Origin: Anaerolineales bacterium
GTDB taxonomy: Bacteria; Chloroflexota; Anaerolineae; Anaerolineales; UBA11579
Direction of reading: 5' to 3'
Length of the DNA stretch: 64,000 nucleotides
Assembly (NCBI GenBank): GCA_040902205.1
Contig: JBBDXR010000028.1
Span: 7,390-71,389, forward strand
Made by a program: the position numbers and the translations under genes. Below the pieces are notes generated by a model. That model saw only the letters and a program-made list of their open reading frames with translations. It was not told where the DNA came from and made no database searches. This document shows positions 34,452 to 44,449 of this stretch, piece after piece; the first letter of the stretch is position 1; every line of letters starts with the position of its first letter.

Positions 34452-35629
34452 TAGCTTTTGTCCTGCAACGCGGCCAAACCGGGAAGTAGCTTGCCTTCCA
34501 ACATTTCGAGCGAAGCCCCGCCGCCCGTGGAGATGTGGGTGATCTTAGCGGCCAGACCGGATTGCTGCAAAGCCGAGACGGAGTCGCCGCCACCCACGAT
34601 GCTATCGGCCTTGGAATTCGCTACGGCCTTAGCCAGGGCGAAGGTGCCGGCGGCGAAGGGCTTCATCTCGAAGACACCCATCGGCCCGTTCCAAACGACG
34701 GTGCCGGCCTTTTCTACGAGGCGGCTGAATTCGGCCACGGTTTCGGCGCCGATGTCCAGCACGCGCCAGCCAGCCGGTACGTTGCCGACTTTCATGGTCT
34801 TGTGGCTGGCCTTTTCATCGAAGGCATCCGCGATCACGAAGTCTACCGGCAGGCGCAGTTTGCGGCTACCATCAGCCAGCAGGGCTTTGGCGGTATCAAT
34901 GGCCTCGGCTTCTACCAGGGAGTCGCCCATCTCGAGGCCCTGGGCCCTGAAGAAGGTGTTGGCCATGCCGCCGCCGATCAGCAGCTGGTCCGCTTTGCCG
35001 AGCAGGTTGCGGATCACTTCGATCTTATCGCTCACCTTGGCGCCGCCGAGGATGGCGACGAAAGGCCGCTTGGGTTCGGCGAGCGCCTGGCCCAGGTAGC
35101 GGATCTCCTTTTCCATTAAGTAGCCGGCAACCGCAGGCAGATGGTGAGCCACGCCTTCGGTTGAGGCGTGGGCGCGGTGTGCCGACCCGAAGGCATCATT
35201 GACATAAAGGTCGGCGAGGGAAGCGAGCTGCTTGGACATCTGGGGGTCGTTCTTGGTCTCGCCGGGATAGAAGCGCGTGTTCTCCAACAGGAGGATCTCG
35301 CCGGGTTTGAGGGCTTTGGCGGCCGCCTCGGCCTTGGGGCCTACGCATTCTTCGCTGAACTTCACCGGCAGCTTGACCAGGCCGCCAAGATATTTGGCGA
35401 CCGGGGCGAGAGAATATTTCGGGTCGGGCTTATCTTTGGGGCGGCCCAAGTGCGAACATAGCAACACGGCCGCGCCGTGGTCCAGCAAATATTGGATGGT
35501 GGGCAGCGCGGCGCGGATGCGCGTGTCGTCTTGCACTACGCCATCCTCGATGGGCACGTTGAAGTCAACGCGCACCAGGACGCGTTTGCCGCGCGGGTCA
35601 ATATCCTCAATGGTCTTCTTGTTGAACAC
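34451..35629 (-). CDS. pgk: phosphoglycerate kinase
   Basis: RVDFNVP, SHLGRP and STGGGASLE motifs. Confidence 0.97.
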   Translation of the reverse strand: MFNKKTIEDIDPRGKRVLVRVDFNVPIEDGVVQDDTRIRAALPTIQYLLDHGAAVLLCSHLGRPKDKPDPKYSLAPVAKYLGGLVKLPVKFSEECVGPKAEAAAKALKPGEILLLENTRFYPGETKNDPQMSKQLASLADLYVNDAFGSAHRAHASTEGVAHHLPAVAGYLMEKEIRYLGQALAEPKRPFVAILGGAKVSDKIEVIRNLLGKADQLLIGGGMANTFFRAQGLEMGDSLVEAEAIDTAKALLADGSRKLRLPVDFVIADAFDEKASHKTMKVGNVPAGWRVLDIGAETVAEFSRLVEKAGTVVWNGPMGVFEMKPFAAGTFALAKAVANSKADSIVGGGDSVSALQQSGLAAKITHISTGGGASLEMLEGKLLPGLAALQDKS

Positions 35630-35667
35630 TAAAGCTCCTTAGAACGGGGCCCCACCCCGTACGAAAA

Positions 35668-37014
35668 CTAATTATCCTTTAGCGAGGCCAGCGGCCCCGT
35701 GCGCTCTTGCAGCAGGTCGATCAGCGTTTGAGCCAGCTTGTCGGCGCGATGATGTCCGGGGCGCTCCGGATCGGCCAAGTCCGCTAAATAGAGTGCATAT
35801 TGTTCGCCTAAGCCCTCTTCCGCCACCACCCACTGGGAACCCGTGGGAAGGGCCGAAGATTGCTGTTCGTTGCTGATCACGATATCGAAAAAACCAGGAC
35901 CCACGTGGGTTTCAAGGGCGCGGATGTGGTCGCCACAGACATAGCCTTCGGTCTCTCCCGCCTGGGTGGCGAGGTTGCAAATAAAGATCTTGAGCGCCGG
36001 ACTATTGCGCAAGGCCGCTGCCAGGTCCGGCACCAGCAGATTGGGCAAGATGCTGGTGTACAAGCTGCCCGGGCCGATCACGATGAGATCGGCATTGAGC
36101 AGGGCGTTGACCGCGTCGGGGTAGGCCGGCGGCGCGTTGGGCTCCAGCCAGACGCGGCGCACGGCGCCGGTCATCGCGGGAATCTGGCTTTCGCCGCGCA
36201 CGCGCACTTCGGCGTTGGTCAGCGGCACGGACAGGTCGGCCACCAGGCGGACGTCGTGCAGGGTAGCGGGGAGCACGCGGCCGTAGACCGAAAGCACACG
36301 GCCAGATTCGGCGATGGCTTCCTCGAAACTGCCGGTGATCTCGCTCAAGGCGCTGATGAACAGGTTGCCGAAGGAGTGTCCCTCCATGCCGTTTTCACCG
36401 CTGGAGAAGCGATACTGGAAGAGTTGCGTGATCAGAGTCTCGTCGTTGGAGAGAGCCGCCAGGCAATTGCGGATGTCGCCGGGAGGCAGGACACCCAGGT
36501 TGTTGCGCAGGCGGCCGGAAGAGCCGCCATCGTCGGCCACGGTGACGATGGCCGTGAGGTTATGAGTGTGCGCTTTGAGGCCGCGCAACAAAGTGGCCAT
36601 GCCATGGCCGCCGCCGATCACGGCGATGCGCGGGCCGCGGCCGCGCTTGCGATGGTCCGCCAGAGTGTCCACCACCGGGCGGCCGGAGTGCAAATAAGGC
36701 GCCAGGATGCTGGCGTTCAGCTTGATGACGCCGTAGACCAGGGCAAACACGCCCAGCGAACCGAAGATGCCGGCGCGCAAGGTGCGATCCAGGAAGCGCA
36801 GGGAAAGATAATCGAAAGCTGGCAGCCACCAGGTGTCGGGCGCGGTGCGATAGAAATCCAGCACGATCATGGCGCCGCCGATGCCGATCAGAAAGGTGCC
36901 GAAGAGGATCAGGATGATCCAGCGCTTGACCCCCAGGCCGGGCGTAAACCAACGAAGCCCGCGGCCCACCCAGGACTTCGCCGCGTTCCACCCGCTTAAC
37001 CGTTGGACACCCAT
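35668..37014 (-). CDS. yvcK: YvcK/CofD-family gluconeogenesis factor with N-terminal TM segment
   Basis: IAVIGGGHGMATLLRGLK and GPGSLYTSI motifs. The start is set at ATG 37014. Confidence 0.85.
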   Translation of the reverse strand: MGVQRLSGWNAAKSWVGRGLRWFTPGLGVKRWIILILFGTFLIGIGGAMIVLDFYRTAPDTWWLPAFDYLSLRFLDRTLRAGIFGSLGVFALVYGVIKLNASILAPYLHSGRPVVDTLADHRKRGRGPRIAVIGGGHGMATLLRGLKAHTHNLTAIVTVADDGGSSGRLRNNLGVLPPGDIRNCLAALSNDETLITQLFQYRFSSGENGMEGHSFGNLFISALSEITGSFEEAIAESGRVLSVYGRVLPATLHDVRLVADLSVPLTNAEVRVRGESQIPAMTGAVRRVWLEPNAPPAYPDAVNALLNADLIVIGPGSLYTSILPNLLVPDLAAALRNSPALKIFICNLATQAGETEGYVCGDHIRALETHVGPGFFDIVISNEQQSSALPTGSQWVVAEEGLGEQYALYLADLADPERPGHHRADKLAQTLIDLLQERTGPLASLKDN

Positions 37015-37152
37015 ATTGCGAGGATGATAGCAGTCTTTAAATGCACAGTCAAACAAGGAGAAAAACAGGGATTAGTGAGTAGTGATTGGTGATTGGGAAA
37101 TCACAAAACGGGCGAAATTCGGCCACTGAACACAAGTTATCATTGACCAGGC

Positions 37153-38844
37153 ATGGCAACTCTCGAAAAACACTGGCTGATCCTCAGCAAGCTCACCGCC
37201 GAAGCGGACCAAAACCTGGCCGGCTATCCTCCCTTGCTGCGGCAGGCGCTGTTCAACCGCGGCCTGGGCACGGCGGAGGATTCCAAACGCTACCTGGCCG
37301 CCATGCCCCCCGAGCTCAACGACCCCCTGCGCATGAAAGGCATGGAGACGGCGGTAGACCGGCTCGCCTACGCCATCCGCAACGGTGAAAGCATCATCGT
37401 TTACGGCGATTACGACGCGGATGGGGTGACCGCCACAGCCCTGCTACTGAATACGATCCAAGGCCTGGGGGGCAATGCGCAATCCTACATCCCTGACCGA
37501 TTCGAGGAGGGGTACGGGCTTAACATCGGCGCCTTACAGCAATTGAAAGAAGCCGGCGCGGCTGTGGTGGTGACGGTGGACTGCGGGGTCCGCTCCCTGA
37601 AAGAGGCGGCGGAGGCCAAGCACCTGGGCCTCGACCTGATCATCACTGACCACCACTCGGTTGGTACAGAGTTGCCCGACGCCTTCGCGTTAATCAACAC
37701 CAAGCAGCCCGGCGACGAATACCCCGAGAAGCAGTTGGCTGGAGTAGGCACAGCCTTCAAGCTGGCCTGCGCCTTGGAAGCCAAGCTGCGTCCCACACCG
37801 GCAGAGGACGGCGCCTTGCTGGACCTGGTGGCCCTGGGTACGGTGGCAGACATGGTGCCGCTGACCGGCGAGAACCGCTGGATGGTGCGCGAGGGGCTGG
37901 CGCGTTTGCGCCGGCCGCAACGGCAGGGGATCTTGTCGTTGATCGGCGTGTCCGGCTTAAAGCCGGCGGCTGTGTCCGCCGGCGATATTGGTTATTTGCT
38001 GGGGCCGCGGCTCAACGCAGCCGGCCGTCTGGAGACCGCCAAGAACGCCTTGAACCTGCTGATGACCAACGACGTTTTCGAGGCCGGACGGTTGGCGCAA
38101 TATCTGGACAGCCAGAACCGCGAACGCCAGGAGTTGACGCGGCAGATGACCGAATCGGCCGAGGAACAAACGGCGGCGCAAACCGATGCGCTATTGCTGG
38201 TGGCTCTGCACGAAGAATACAATCCTGGCGTGGTCGGGCTGGTGGCCTCCCGCCTGGTGGAGCGCTTCTACCGGCCTGCCATTGTGGGGCAGCGCGGCGC
38301 GGAATTCACGCGGGCCTCGTGCCGCAGCATCCCGGAATTCCACATCACCCGCGCCCTGGAAGCCTGCGCCGATCTCTTCCAGAACTTCGGCGGGCATGCC
38401 GCGGCGGCCGGCTTCACCGTGCGCAACGAGCGCCTGCCGGAAGCCTTGGAGCGCCTATACGCGATCGCCAAGGAGCAGCTCGGCGGCCTGGACCTGAAAC
38501 CCGTGCTTGTTGCGGACGCCGAGGTGCCATTGTCAGACCTCAAGCCGGAAATCCTGCAGCATCTGCAATTGATCGAACCGACCGGATACGGCAACCCGCA
38601 AGTGAGCCTAGTGAGCCGCGGGCTGCAAGTGCGCGCGGCGCGCACCCTGGGCCAGGAGGGCAAGCATCTTAAGCTGACGGTCAGCGACGGCTGGATCACC
38701 TACGACGCGATCGCGTTCCGCCAAGGGCACTGGATGGAAAAGCTGCCCCTGGCGGTGGATCTACTGTATCGCTTTGAGGCCAACGAGTTCAACGGGCGCA
38801 GCACGTTGCAGCTCAACGTGCGCGATCTGAAGCCGAGCGTTTAG
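37153..38844 (+). CDS. recJ: single-stranded-DNA-specific exonuclease RecJ
   Basis: DHH motifs YGDYDADGVT and ITDHH, plus a DHHA1 GGH motif. Confidence 0.95.
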   Translation: MATLEKHWLILSKLTAEADQNLAGYPPLLRQALFNRGLGTAEDSKRYLAAMPPELNDPLRMKGMETAVDRLAYAIRNGESIIVYGDYDADGVTATALLLNTIQGLGGNAQSYIPDRFEEGYGLNIGALQQLKEAGAAVVVTVDCGVRSLKEAAEAKHLGLDLIITDHHSVGTELPDAFALINTKQPGDEYPEKQLAGVGTAFKLACALEAKLRPTPAEDGALLDLVALGTVADMVPLTGENRWMVREGLARLRRPQRQGILSLIGVSGLKPAAVSAGDIGYLLGPRLNAAGRLETAKNALNLLMTNDVFEAGRLAQYLDSQNRERQELTRQMTESAEEQTAAQTDALLLVALHEEYNPGVVGLVASRLVERFYRPAIVGQRGAEFTRASCRSIPEFHITRALEACADLFQNFGGHAAAAGFTVRNERLPEALERLYAIAKEQLGGLDLKPVLVADAEVPLSDLKPEILQHLQLIEPTGYGNPQVSLVSRGLQVRAARTLGQEGKHLKLTVSDGWITYDAIAFRQGHWMEKLPLAVDLLYRFEANEFNGRSTLQLNVRDLKPSV

Positions 38845-38847
38845 CCC

Positions 38848-39528
38848 TTATTCAACAAAACGGTATTTGAGCAAGGCCCATAGGGCGAGGATGGCATCTT
38901 TGAAGCCGATCTTCTTGCCCTCGGAATAGTCGCGGGGGTTGAACGAGATCGGAACTTCATACAAATGTACTTTGCGCTTGAGGATCTTGGCGGTCACTTC
39001 CGGCTCGAAATCGAAGCCATTCGACCGGATGCGTATCTGTTGCAGGACTTCCCTGCGGAACAACTTATAGCCCGTTTCCATATCGGTGAGGATGTTGTTG
39101 TAAAGGATATTCGTGGCAAAGGTAAGTAGCTTGTTGGCCACCATGTGCCAGTACATGGTCGGCCGGCGCGGGCCGCCCAGGAAACGCGACCCGTAGACGA
39201 CATCGGCCAGGCCTTCGTGGATGGGCTTGAGCAGCGCCGGGATGTCCCGCGGGTCATATTCGAGGTCGGCATCCTGGATCAGGATCAGATCGCCGCGGGC
39301 GGCTTCGATGCCGCTGCGCACCGCGGCGCCTTTGCCGCGGTTCTTGGTATGAGTAATGACGCTCAGCGGCCCGCCCCGCAGGCCCTGCAACAACGCCGCG
39401 GTCCCGTCCGTGGAGCCATCGTCGACCACGATGATCTCATCCGCCAGCGCCACCGCCTGCAGTCGCTTCAGGATCTCCGCGGCGGTAGATTGTTCGTTGT
39501 AGACCGGCACGATGACGGAAAGCTTCAT
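38848..39528 (-). CDS. family 2 glycosyltransferase (polyprenol-phosphate sugar transferase-like)
   Basis: SVIVPVYNE, VVDDGSTDGT and QDADLEYDP motifs. Confidence 0.85.
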   Translation of the reverse strand: MKLSVIVPVYNEQSTAAEILKRLQAVALADEIIVVDDGSTDGTAALLQGLRGGPLSVITHTKNRGKGAAVRSGIEAARGDLILIQDADLEYDPRDIPALLKPIHEGLADVVYGSRFLGGPRRPTMYWHMVANKLLTFATNILYNNILTDMETGYKLFRREVLQQIRIRSNGFDFEPEVTAKILKRKVHLYEVPISFNPRDYSEGKKIGFKDAILALWALLKYRFVE

Positions 39529-39629
39529 GGCGGCGATTATATATGCGATTTAAGCGAAAAGATGCCCATGCTATAATCGCAAGCGAGTGAAAGTAAGGGG
39601 AAAGCGCTCAAGTTCTTATCGAGTGAATA

Positions 39630-42509
39630 ATGAAGCATGAAATGAAAGAGCAGAACCCACACAAGCGAAAACCAAGGATGGGTAGCACCGCCTGGCGGGG
39701 CTTTGTGGCGGCCGCCTTGTTGGCGGCCAACTTCCTTGCGGCGACCTCTGTTTCCAGGGCGGCCCCGCTTGAGCAGGCAGATCCCACCAACCAGGCGCTG
39801 GCCTTGCTGGACACGCTCACTCCTGAAGAGAGAGTGGGCCAGCTATTCCTGGTGACCTTCCGGGGGGCCACGGCCGGTCAAGAAAGCCAGATCTACGACC
39901 TCATCGCCAACTATCACATCGGCGGCGTCGTCTTGCGGCGTGACATGGACAACTTCGTCGAGGCGCCCAATACGGTTGCGAAAGCCATCGAACTGATAGC
40001 CGATCTGCAAGGCGCCGAATCCGCGTCAGCGGAAACCCGGCGCCCGGATGCCACCAGCGGTGAAAGCTATACGCCCACGTATATCCCCCTCTTTATTGCC
40101 ATGGCGCAGGAAGGGGACGGGTACCCCACGGACCAGATCTTGAGCGGGCTGAGTCCGCTGCCGAGCGCGATGGCGCTGGGAGCTGCGTGGGATCCTGACC
40201 TGGCTCGCCAGGCCGGAGAGCTGCTCGGGACAGAACTCTCCGCATTGGGCATCAATATGCTGCTCGGCCCGTCTCTGGATGTGCTGGAGAGCCCGCGGCC
40301 GCGCAGCGCCGGGGACCTGGCGGCGCGCAGTTTCGGCGGCGACCCGTTTTGGGTGGGCCAGATGGGGCAGGCTTTCATCCAGGGCGTGCACGCGGGCAGC
40401 CAGGACCAGGTAGCCGTGGTAGCCAAGCATCTTCCGGGCCACGGCGGATCCGACCGGCCCGTGGACGAAGAAGTGCCTACGGTACGCAAATCGCTAAGCC
40501 AGCTTACGCAGATCGAGCTGCCGCCCTTCTTTGCAGTCACCGGCGACGCCCCTACTCCGGAAGCGACCGCCGATGCGATGCTGCTGGCGCACATCCGCTA
40601 CCAGGGTTTCCAGGGCAACATCCGCGCCACCACGCGGCCGATCAGCTTCGATTCGCAAGCCTTCGGGCAACTGATGGCGCTGCCGCAGTTCGCCGCGTGG
40701 CGCGCTAACGGCGGCGTGATCGTGAGCGACAGCCTGGGGACGCGCGCCATCCGGCGCAACTATGACCCGGCGGAGCAAGTTTTCAATTCCCCGCTTGTGG
40801 CGCGGGATGCCTTCCTGGCAGGCAATGACATCCTGTATCTGGGCAACTTCATCGCCAACAATGACCCGGATGCCTACACCAGCATCCAGCGCACCGTGGC
40901 GTTCTTTGCGCAAAAATATCGCGAGGACCAGGCATTTTCTGAACGCGTCGACCAGGCGGTCACGCGCATCCTGGCGTTAAAGTTCAAGATCGCCCCCGAT
41001 TTTTCGCTTAACGAGGTCGCGCCGGATGCAGGCGCCGCAGAAGACGTGGGGCAGAACGAAAGCCTGATCTTCGAGATCGGCCGGCAAGCTGCCACCCTAT
41101 TGAGCCCGAGCCGCGAGGAACTGGCCAATCTCCTGCCCGACCCGCCGGGTCAGTTCGAGCAGATCGTATTCTTTACTGATGTCACCTCGATGCAGCAGTG
41201 CAGCCAATGCTCGGCGGGCAGCTCCATCCGCCAGGATGCTTTGGCCGACGCGGTGCTGGACCTCTACGGGCCGAATGCCGGTAACCAGATCACCGCGGCC
41301 AACCTGATCTCGTTTTCATTCACCGAGCTGGTGCGCACGTTGGACGGGGTATGGCCGGATGGCGAGGACCCAGTGTCCGCCAACTTGCCGCGGGCTGAAT
41401 GGGTGATCTTTGCACTGGGGAAGGACGACGGCAGCCCGGATTCGGCCGGCCTGCGCCGCCTGCTCTCCGAGCGCCCTGACCTGATACAAGATAAAAAGGT
41501 CATCGTGTTCGCCATGAACGCGCCTTATTTCCTCGACGCCACGGACATCACCAGAATCACCGCTTATTACGGGCTGTACAGCCAGCAGCAAGGAATCAGC
41601 GAGGTGGCAGCCAGGCTGCTTTACCAGGAGATCAACGCGCCGGGCTACTCCCCCGTTTCCGTGGAAGGGATCGGTTACGAACTCATCCAGGCGACTTCTC
41701 CAGACGAAACGCAGGCGATCCCGGTCAGCGTGCAACGATTGCTTCCGGCGGCCACGGCTACGCCTGAATCCACCGCCGAGGCAGGCACTCCCGAACCGAC
41801 CCCTGTGCCGACCTACCAAGCCGGCGATCTGCTAAGCCTGCAAGCCGGGCCGGTCATGGACCATAACGGGCATACGGTGCCCGACAGCACACCGGTCACC
41901 TTCGGGATTAGCATTGCCATGGAAGGAACCACGCTGACCCGCCAGATCGGCGCTACCACGCGCATGGGTATGGCGTTGGCCAGTTATTCGATCGAAGAGG
42001 AGGGCACGCTGGAGATCGTGGCGACCAGCGGGGAGCCAGCGGCCAGTTCGGCGGCGTTGCGTTTTGAAGTCATCGGCATCAACCCCGAAGGGCTGGCGCT
42101 GCAGGCCACGCAAACGGCCCAAGCGCAGGCGCTTTCCACCGCGGCGGCCCAGCCACTGGTCACACCGACTGCAGAGCCCGTGGAGGCGCCCCCCCAGGAG
42201 CCATTGCGAGTGGGCCTGGTCGACTGGTTCCTGATCACCCTGGTGTCGGTAGCAGCAGGCGCCTTTGCGTATCAAGTAGGGACCAATCTACGGCGGATGC
42301 GCTGGGCGGTCCGCTGGGGCTTGACCACCTTCATTGGCGGGTTGCTGGTGGGCAGCTATCTGGCGCTGGACCTGCCTGGCAGCCATGAAATTTTGTCCTT
42401 CGGCGGCGAATGGGGCGTGGTGCTCACGGTACTGGCGGGCGCGGGGCTTGGCTGGCTGGCCGGCTGGCTATGGCGCGGATCAACCAAGGCAAAGCAAAAA
42501 GGCGGCTAG
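39630..42509 (+). CDS. glycoside hydrolase family 3 (NagZ-like domain) with long extension and C-terminal TM helices
   Basis: Signal-like N-terminus. KHLPGHGGSDRPVDEEVP is the GH3 motif. The C-terminal region is hydrophobic. Confidence 0.8.
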   Translation: MKHEMKEQNPHKRKPRMGSTAWRGFVAAALLAANFLAATSVSRAAPLEQADPTNQALALLDTLTPEERVGQLFLVTFRGATAGQESQIYDLIANYHIGGVVLRRDMDNFVEAPNTVAKAIELIADLQGAESASAETRRPDATSGESYTPTYIPLFIAMAQEGDGYPTDQILSGLSPLPSAMALGAAWDPDLARQAGELLGTELSALGINMLLGPSLDVLESPRPRSAGDLAARSFGGDPFWVGQMGQAFIQGVHAGSQDQVAVVAKHLPGHGGSDRPVDEEVPTVRKSLSQLTQIELPPFFAVTGDAPTPEATADAMLLAHIRYQGFQGNIRATTRPISFDSQAFGQLMALPQFAAWRANGGVIVSDSLGTRAIRRNYDPAEQVFNSPLVARDAFLAGNDILYLGNFIANNDPDAYTSIQRTVAFFAQKYREDQAFSERVDQAVTRILALKFKIAPDFSLNEVAPDAGAAEDVGQNESLIFEIGRQAATLLSPSREELANLLPDPPGQFEQIVFFTDVTSMQQCSQCSAGSSIRQDALADAVLDLYGPNAGNQITAANLISFSFTELVRTLDGVWPDGEDPVSANLPRAEWVIFALGKDDGSPDSAGLRRLLSERPDLIQDKKVIVFAMNAPYFLDATDITRITAYYGLYSQQQGISEVAARLLYQEINAPGYSPVSVEGIGYELIQATSPDETQAIPVSVQRLLPAATATPESTAEAGTPEPTPVPTYQAGDLLSLQAGPVMDHNGHTVPDSTPVTFGISIAMEGTTLTRQIGATTRMGMALASYSIEEEGTLEIVATSGEPAASSAALRFEVIGINPEGLALQATQTAQAQALSTAAAQPLVTPTAEPVEAPPQEPLRVGLVDWFLITLVSVAAGAFAYQVGTNLRRMRWAVRWGLTTFIGGLLVGSYLALDLPGSHEILSFGGEWGVVLTVLAGAGLGWLAGWLWRGSTKAKQKGG

Positions 42510-42552
42510 AACCAGCGGTCAGACCGGTAAAGGGCAAAGGCGGGAATTTCAG

Positions 42553-43536
42553 CTAATGGCCCAACGTGGCGATGAAGCTTATAAGCAGCAAAGCACCCGC
42601 GCACCAAAGCAGGGTTTGCTCCGTGCGCGAAGAGAGCACGTCCGCCAGCGTGGGGGGAGGCAGGCGGCCATTGGAGCGCGCCTTGGGTTCCAACTGGCCG
42701 AGCAAAGCCAGCTGCAGCGCCTGGATGCTCTGCGGGCGCTCCTCGGGATGCAGGCTTAATGCCCAGGTCACGGCGCGCTCGGTGCGCGGGCTGAGCTCGG
42801 GGCGCAGGTCGCGCAGGAGCGCCATGCCGTGCGGATCGAGGAAACGCTCACGCGCTTCGACCGGAGCGGTGTTGCTTAGCAAATGGTACAGCGTAGCGCC
42901 GAAGGCATACACATCGCTGCGCGCGTCGGTGTGGCCGGTGTCGCCGCCGTACTGCTCCAGCGGCGTGTAGAGCGCCGTGCCGCGGCCCTGCACGATGGTC
43001 ACCGTGTCCTCCTGGGCGGCGAGGATCTTCACCAGGCCGAAGTCCACGAGCTTCACCACGCCCCCCGGAGTGAGTTTGATATTGCTCGGCTTGATATCGC
43101 GGTGCAGAATGGGCGGGTCCTGGATATGCAAATAGTTCAAGGCGCCGGCGATCTGGCTGGCCCAGGCAAGCACTTCTTCTTCAGGCAGGAATTCGCCGCG
43201 CTGGCGCGCTTCCACCATGAGCGAGCGCAGATCCTCGCCCGGCACATAATCCATCACCAGGTAATCGCTGCTCTCCTCCGAGAAGAAATCAGAGACTTTG
43301 GGCAGGTTGGGGTGGTCTAAGCGCGCCAAGACCGTGGCTTCGCGCAGGAATTGGGAGCGGGTCTGGTCCAGCGTCTCCTGGGAGAGCGAAGGATCGAGGC
43401 GCACTTCCTTGACCGCACAGAGGCGGCCTTCCAGGCGCAGGTCGGCCGCCAAATAAATGCTGCCCATCCCTCCGCGGCTGATGAATTGTTGGATGCGATA
43501 GCGGTCGCGTAAGATCCCGCCCACATCTAGTGGCAT
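42553..43536 (-). CDS. Ser/Thr protein kinase with C-terminal TM anchor
   Basis: GGMGSIY...AVKE, HRDIKPSN and DFG motifs. The start is set at ATG 43536. Confidence 0.9.
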   Translation of the reverse strand: MPLDVGGILRDRYRIQQFISRGGMGSIYLAADLRLEGRLCAVKEVRLDPSLSQETLDQTRSQFLREATVLARLDHPNLPKVSDFFSEESSDYLVMDYVPGEDLRSLMVEARQRGEFLPEEEVLAWASQIAGALNYLHIQDPPILHRDIKPSNIKLTPGGVVKLVDFGLVKILAAQEDTVTIVQGRGTALYTPLEQYGGDTGHTDARSDVYAFGATLYHLLSNTAPVEARERFLDPHGMALLRDLRPELSPRTERAVTWALSLHPEERPQSIQALQLALLGQLEPKARSNGRLPPPTLADVLSSRTEQTLLWCAGALLLISFIATLGH

Positions 43537-43695
43537 TGGTCTTCTCCATTCAAGCAACCGTGGATGCGATCGGCGGACTAAATTCGTCAACCATTGATCC
43601 TTGGCGTACGGCTGCGTGATACCGGTCTACGGCCCTAGGCAAAAGTTACTATCGGGCGTAGGGCTGAACTTTGGTATTATACCTAGGGCGCAAGC

Positions 43696-44367
43696 ATGGC
43701 TTCGAGCAGTGAAAATTTCCCGGTGATCATCGGACAAAGCGGGCCATTAAATGGGGAGCGTTGGGTGGTGCGCGGGCCGATGGTGATCGGCCGCGGTGAA
43801 GAATGTGACATCGTGATCCCCGACCGCAAGATCTCCCGGCAGCACGCTCGCGTGCGGCCGACGACCCATGGCATCCTGCTGGAGGACCTGGGCAGCAAGA
43901 ACGGCACGCATCACAACGGCGCCCAGATCAAGCAACCCGTCACCCTGGCGGATGGGGACATCATCCAGATCGCGCTGGCACAGAAGTTCACCTTCTTAAG
44001 TTCGGACGCCACCATCCCACTGGAATTCGATGCGCCGATGAGCGCCGCATTGGAAGAGCGGCGCCTGAAGATGGACAAACGTTCGCGCCGCGTATGGCTG
44101 AACGGCAAAGAAGTCACCCCGCCCCTTTCCGTGGCGCAGTTTACGATGCTCGACCTGTTGTACCAGCGCGACGGGCTGGTGGTGCCGCGCGAGGAGATGG
44201 TGAAGGCGGTGTGGGGCGAAGACGAAGCCTATGGCATCTCCGATCAGGCGCTGGATGCGCTGGTGCGCCGCCTGCGCGACCGGCTGGCAGAGATCGACAA
44301 AACCCACGAATTCGTGGTGACCGTGCGCGGGCACGGCCTCAGACTAGAAAATCCAAAAGTGGAATAG
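43696..44367 (+). CDS. FHA domain plus OmpR/PhoB-type winged-helix regulator
   Basis: The FHA signature is GR....DI.I.D..ISR.HA...LEDLGS.NGT. The C-terminus has LT..EF.LL..L...G.VV.RE (trans_reg_C-like). It is divergent from the kinase. Confidence 0.85.
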   Translation: MASSSENFPVIIGQSGPLNGERWVVRGPMVIGRGEECDIVIPDRKISRQHARVRPTTHGILLEDLGSKNGTHHNGAQIKQPVTLADGDIIQIALAQKFTFLSSDATIPLEFDAPMSAALEERRLKMDKRSRRVWLNGKEVTPPLSVAQFTMLDLLYQRDGLVVPREEMVKAVWGEDEAYGISDQALDALVRRLRDRLAEIDKTHEFVVTVRGHGLRLENPKVE

Positions 44368-44373
44368 AGAACT

Positions 44374-44422
44374 GGAGTCGAGGCTGAGCCGGTTCGATAC
44401 ACTCCGGCTCAGCCTCGACTCC
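44374..44422. repeat. REP-like perfect hairpin (19-bp stem); probably also a terminator between convergent genes
   Basis: ggagtcgaggctgagccgg (44374-44392) pairs with ccggctcagcctcgactcc (44404-44422). The arm sequence is related to the REPs flanking the RAYT gene. Confidence 0.8.
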
Positions 44423-44449
44423 TTATTTACCTACGCGCTGCCTGCCCTA

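Noticed and set aside
35860-36999. 379-aa ORF on the plus strand
   Set aside because: It is antisense to the yvcK-like gene, which has clear family motifs. Its composition is artefactual.
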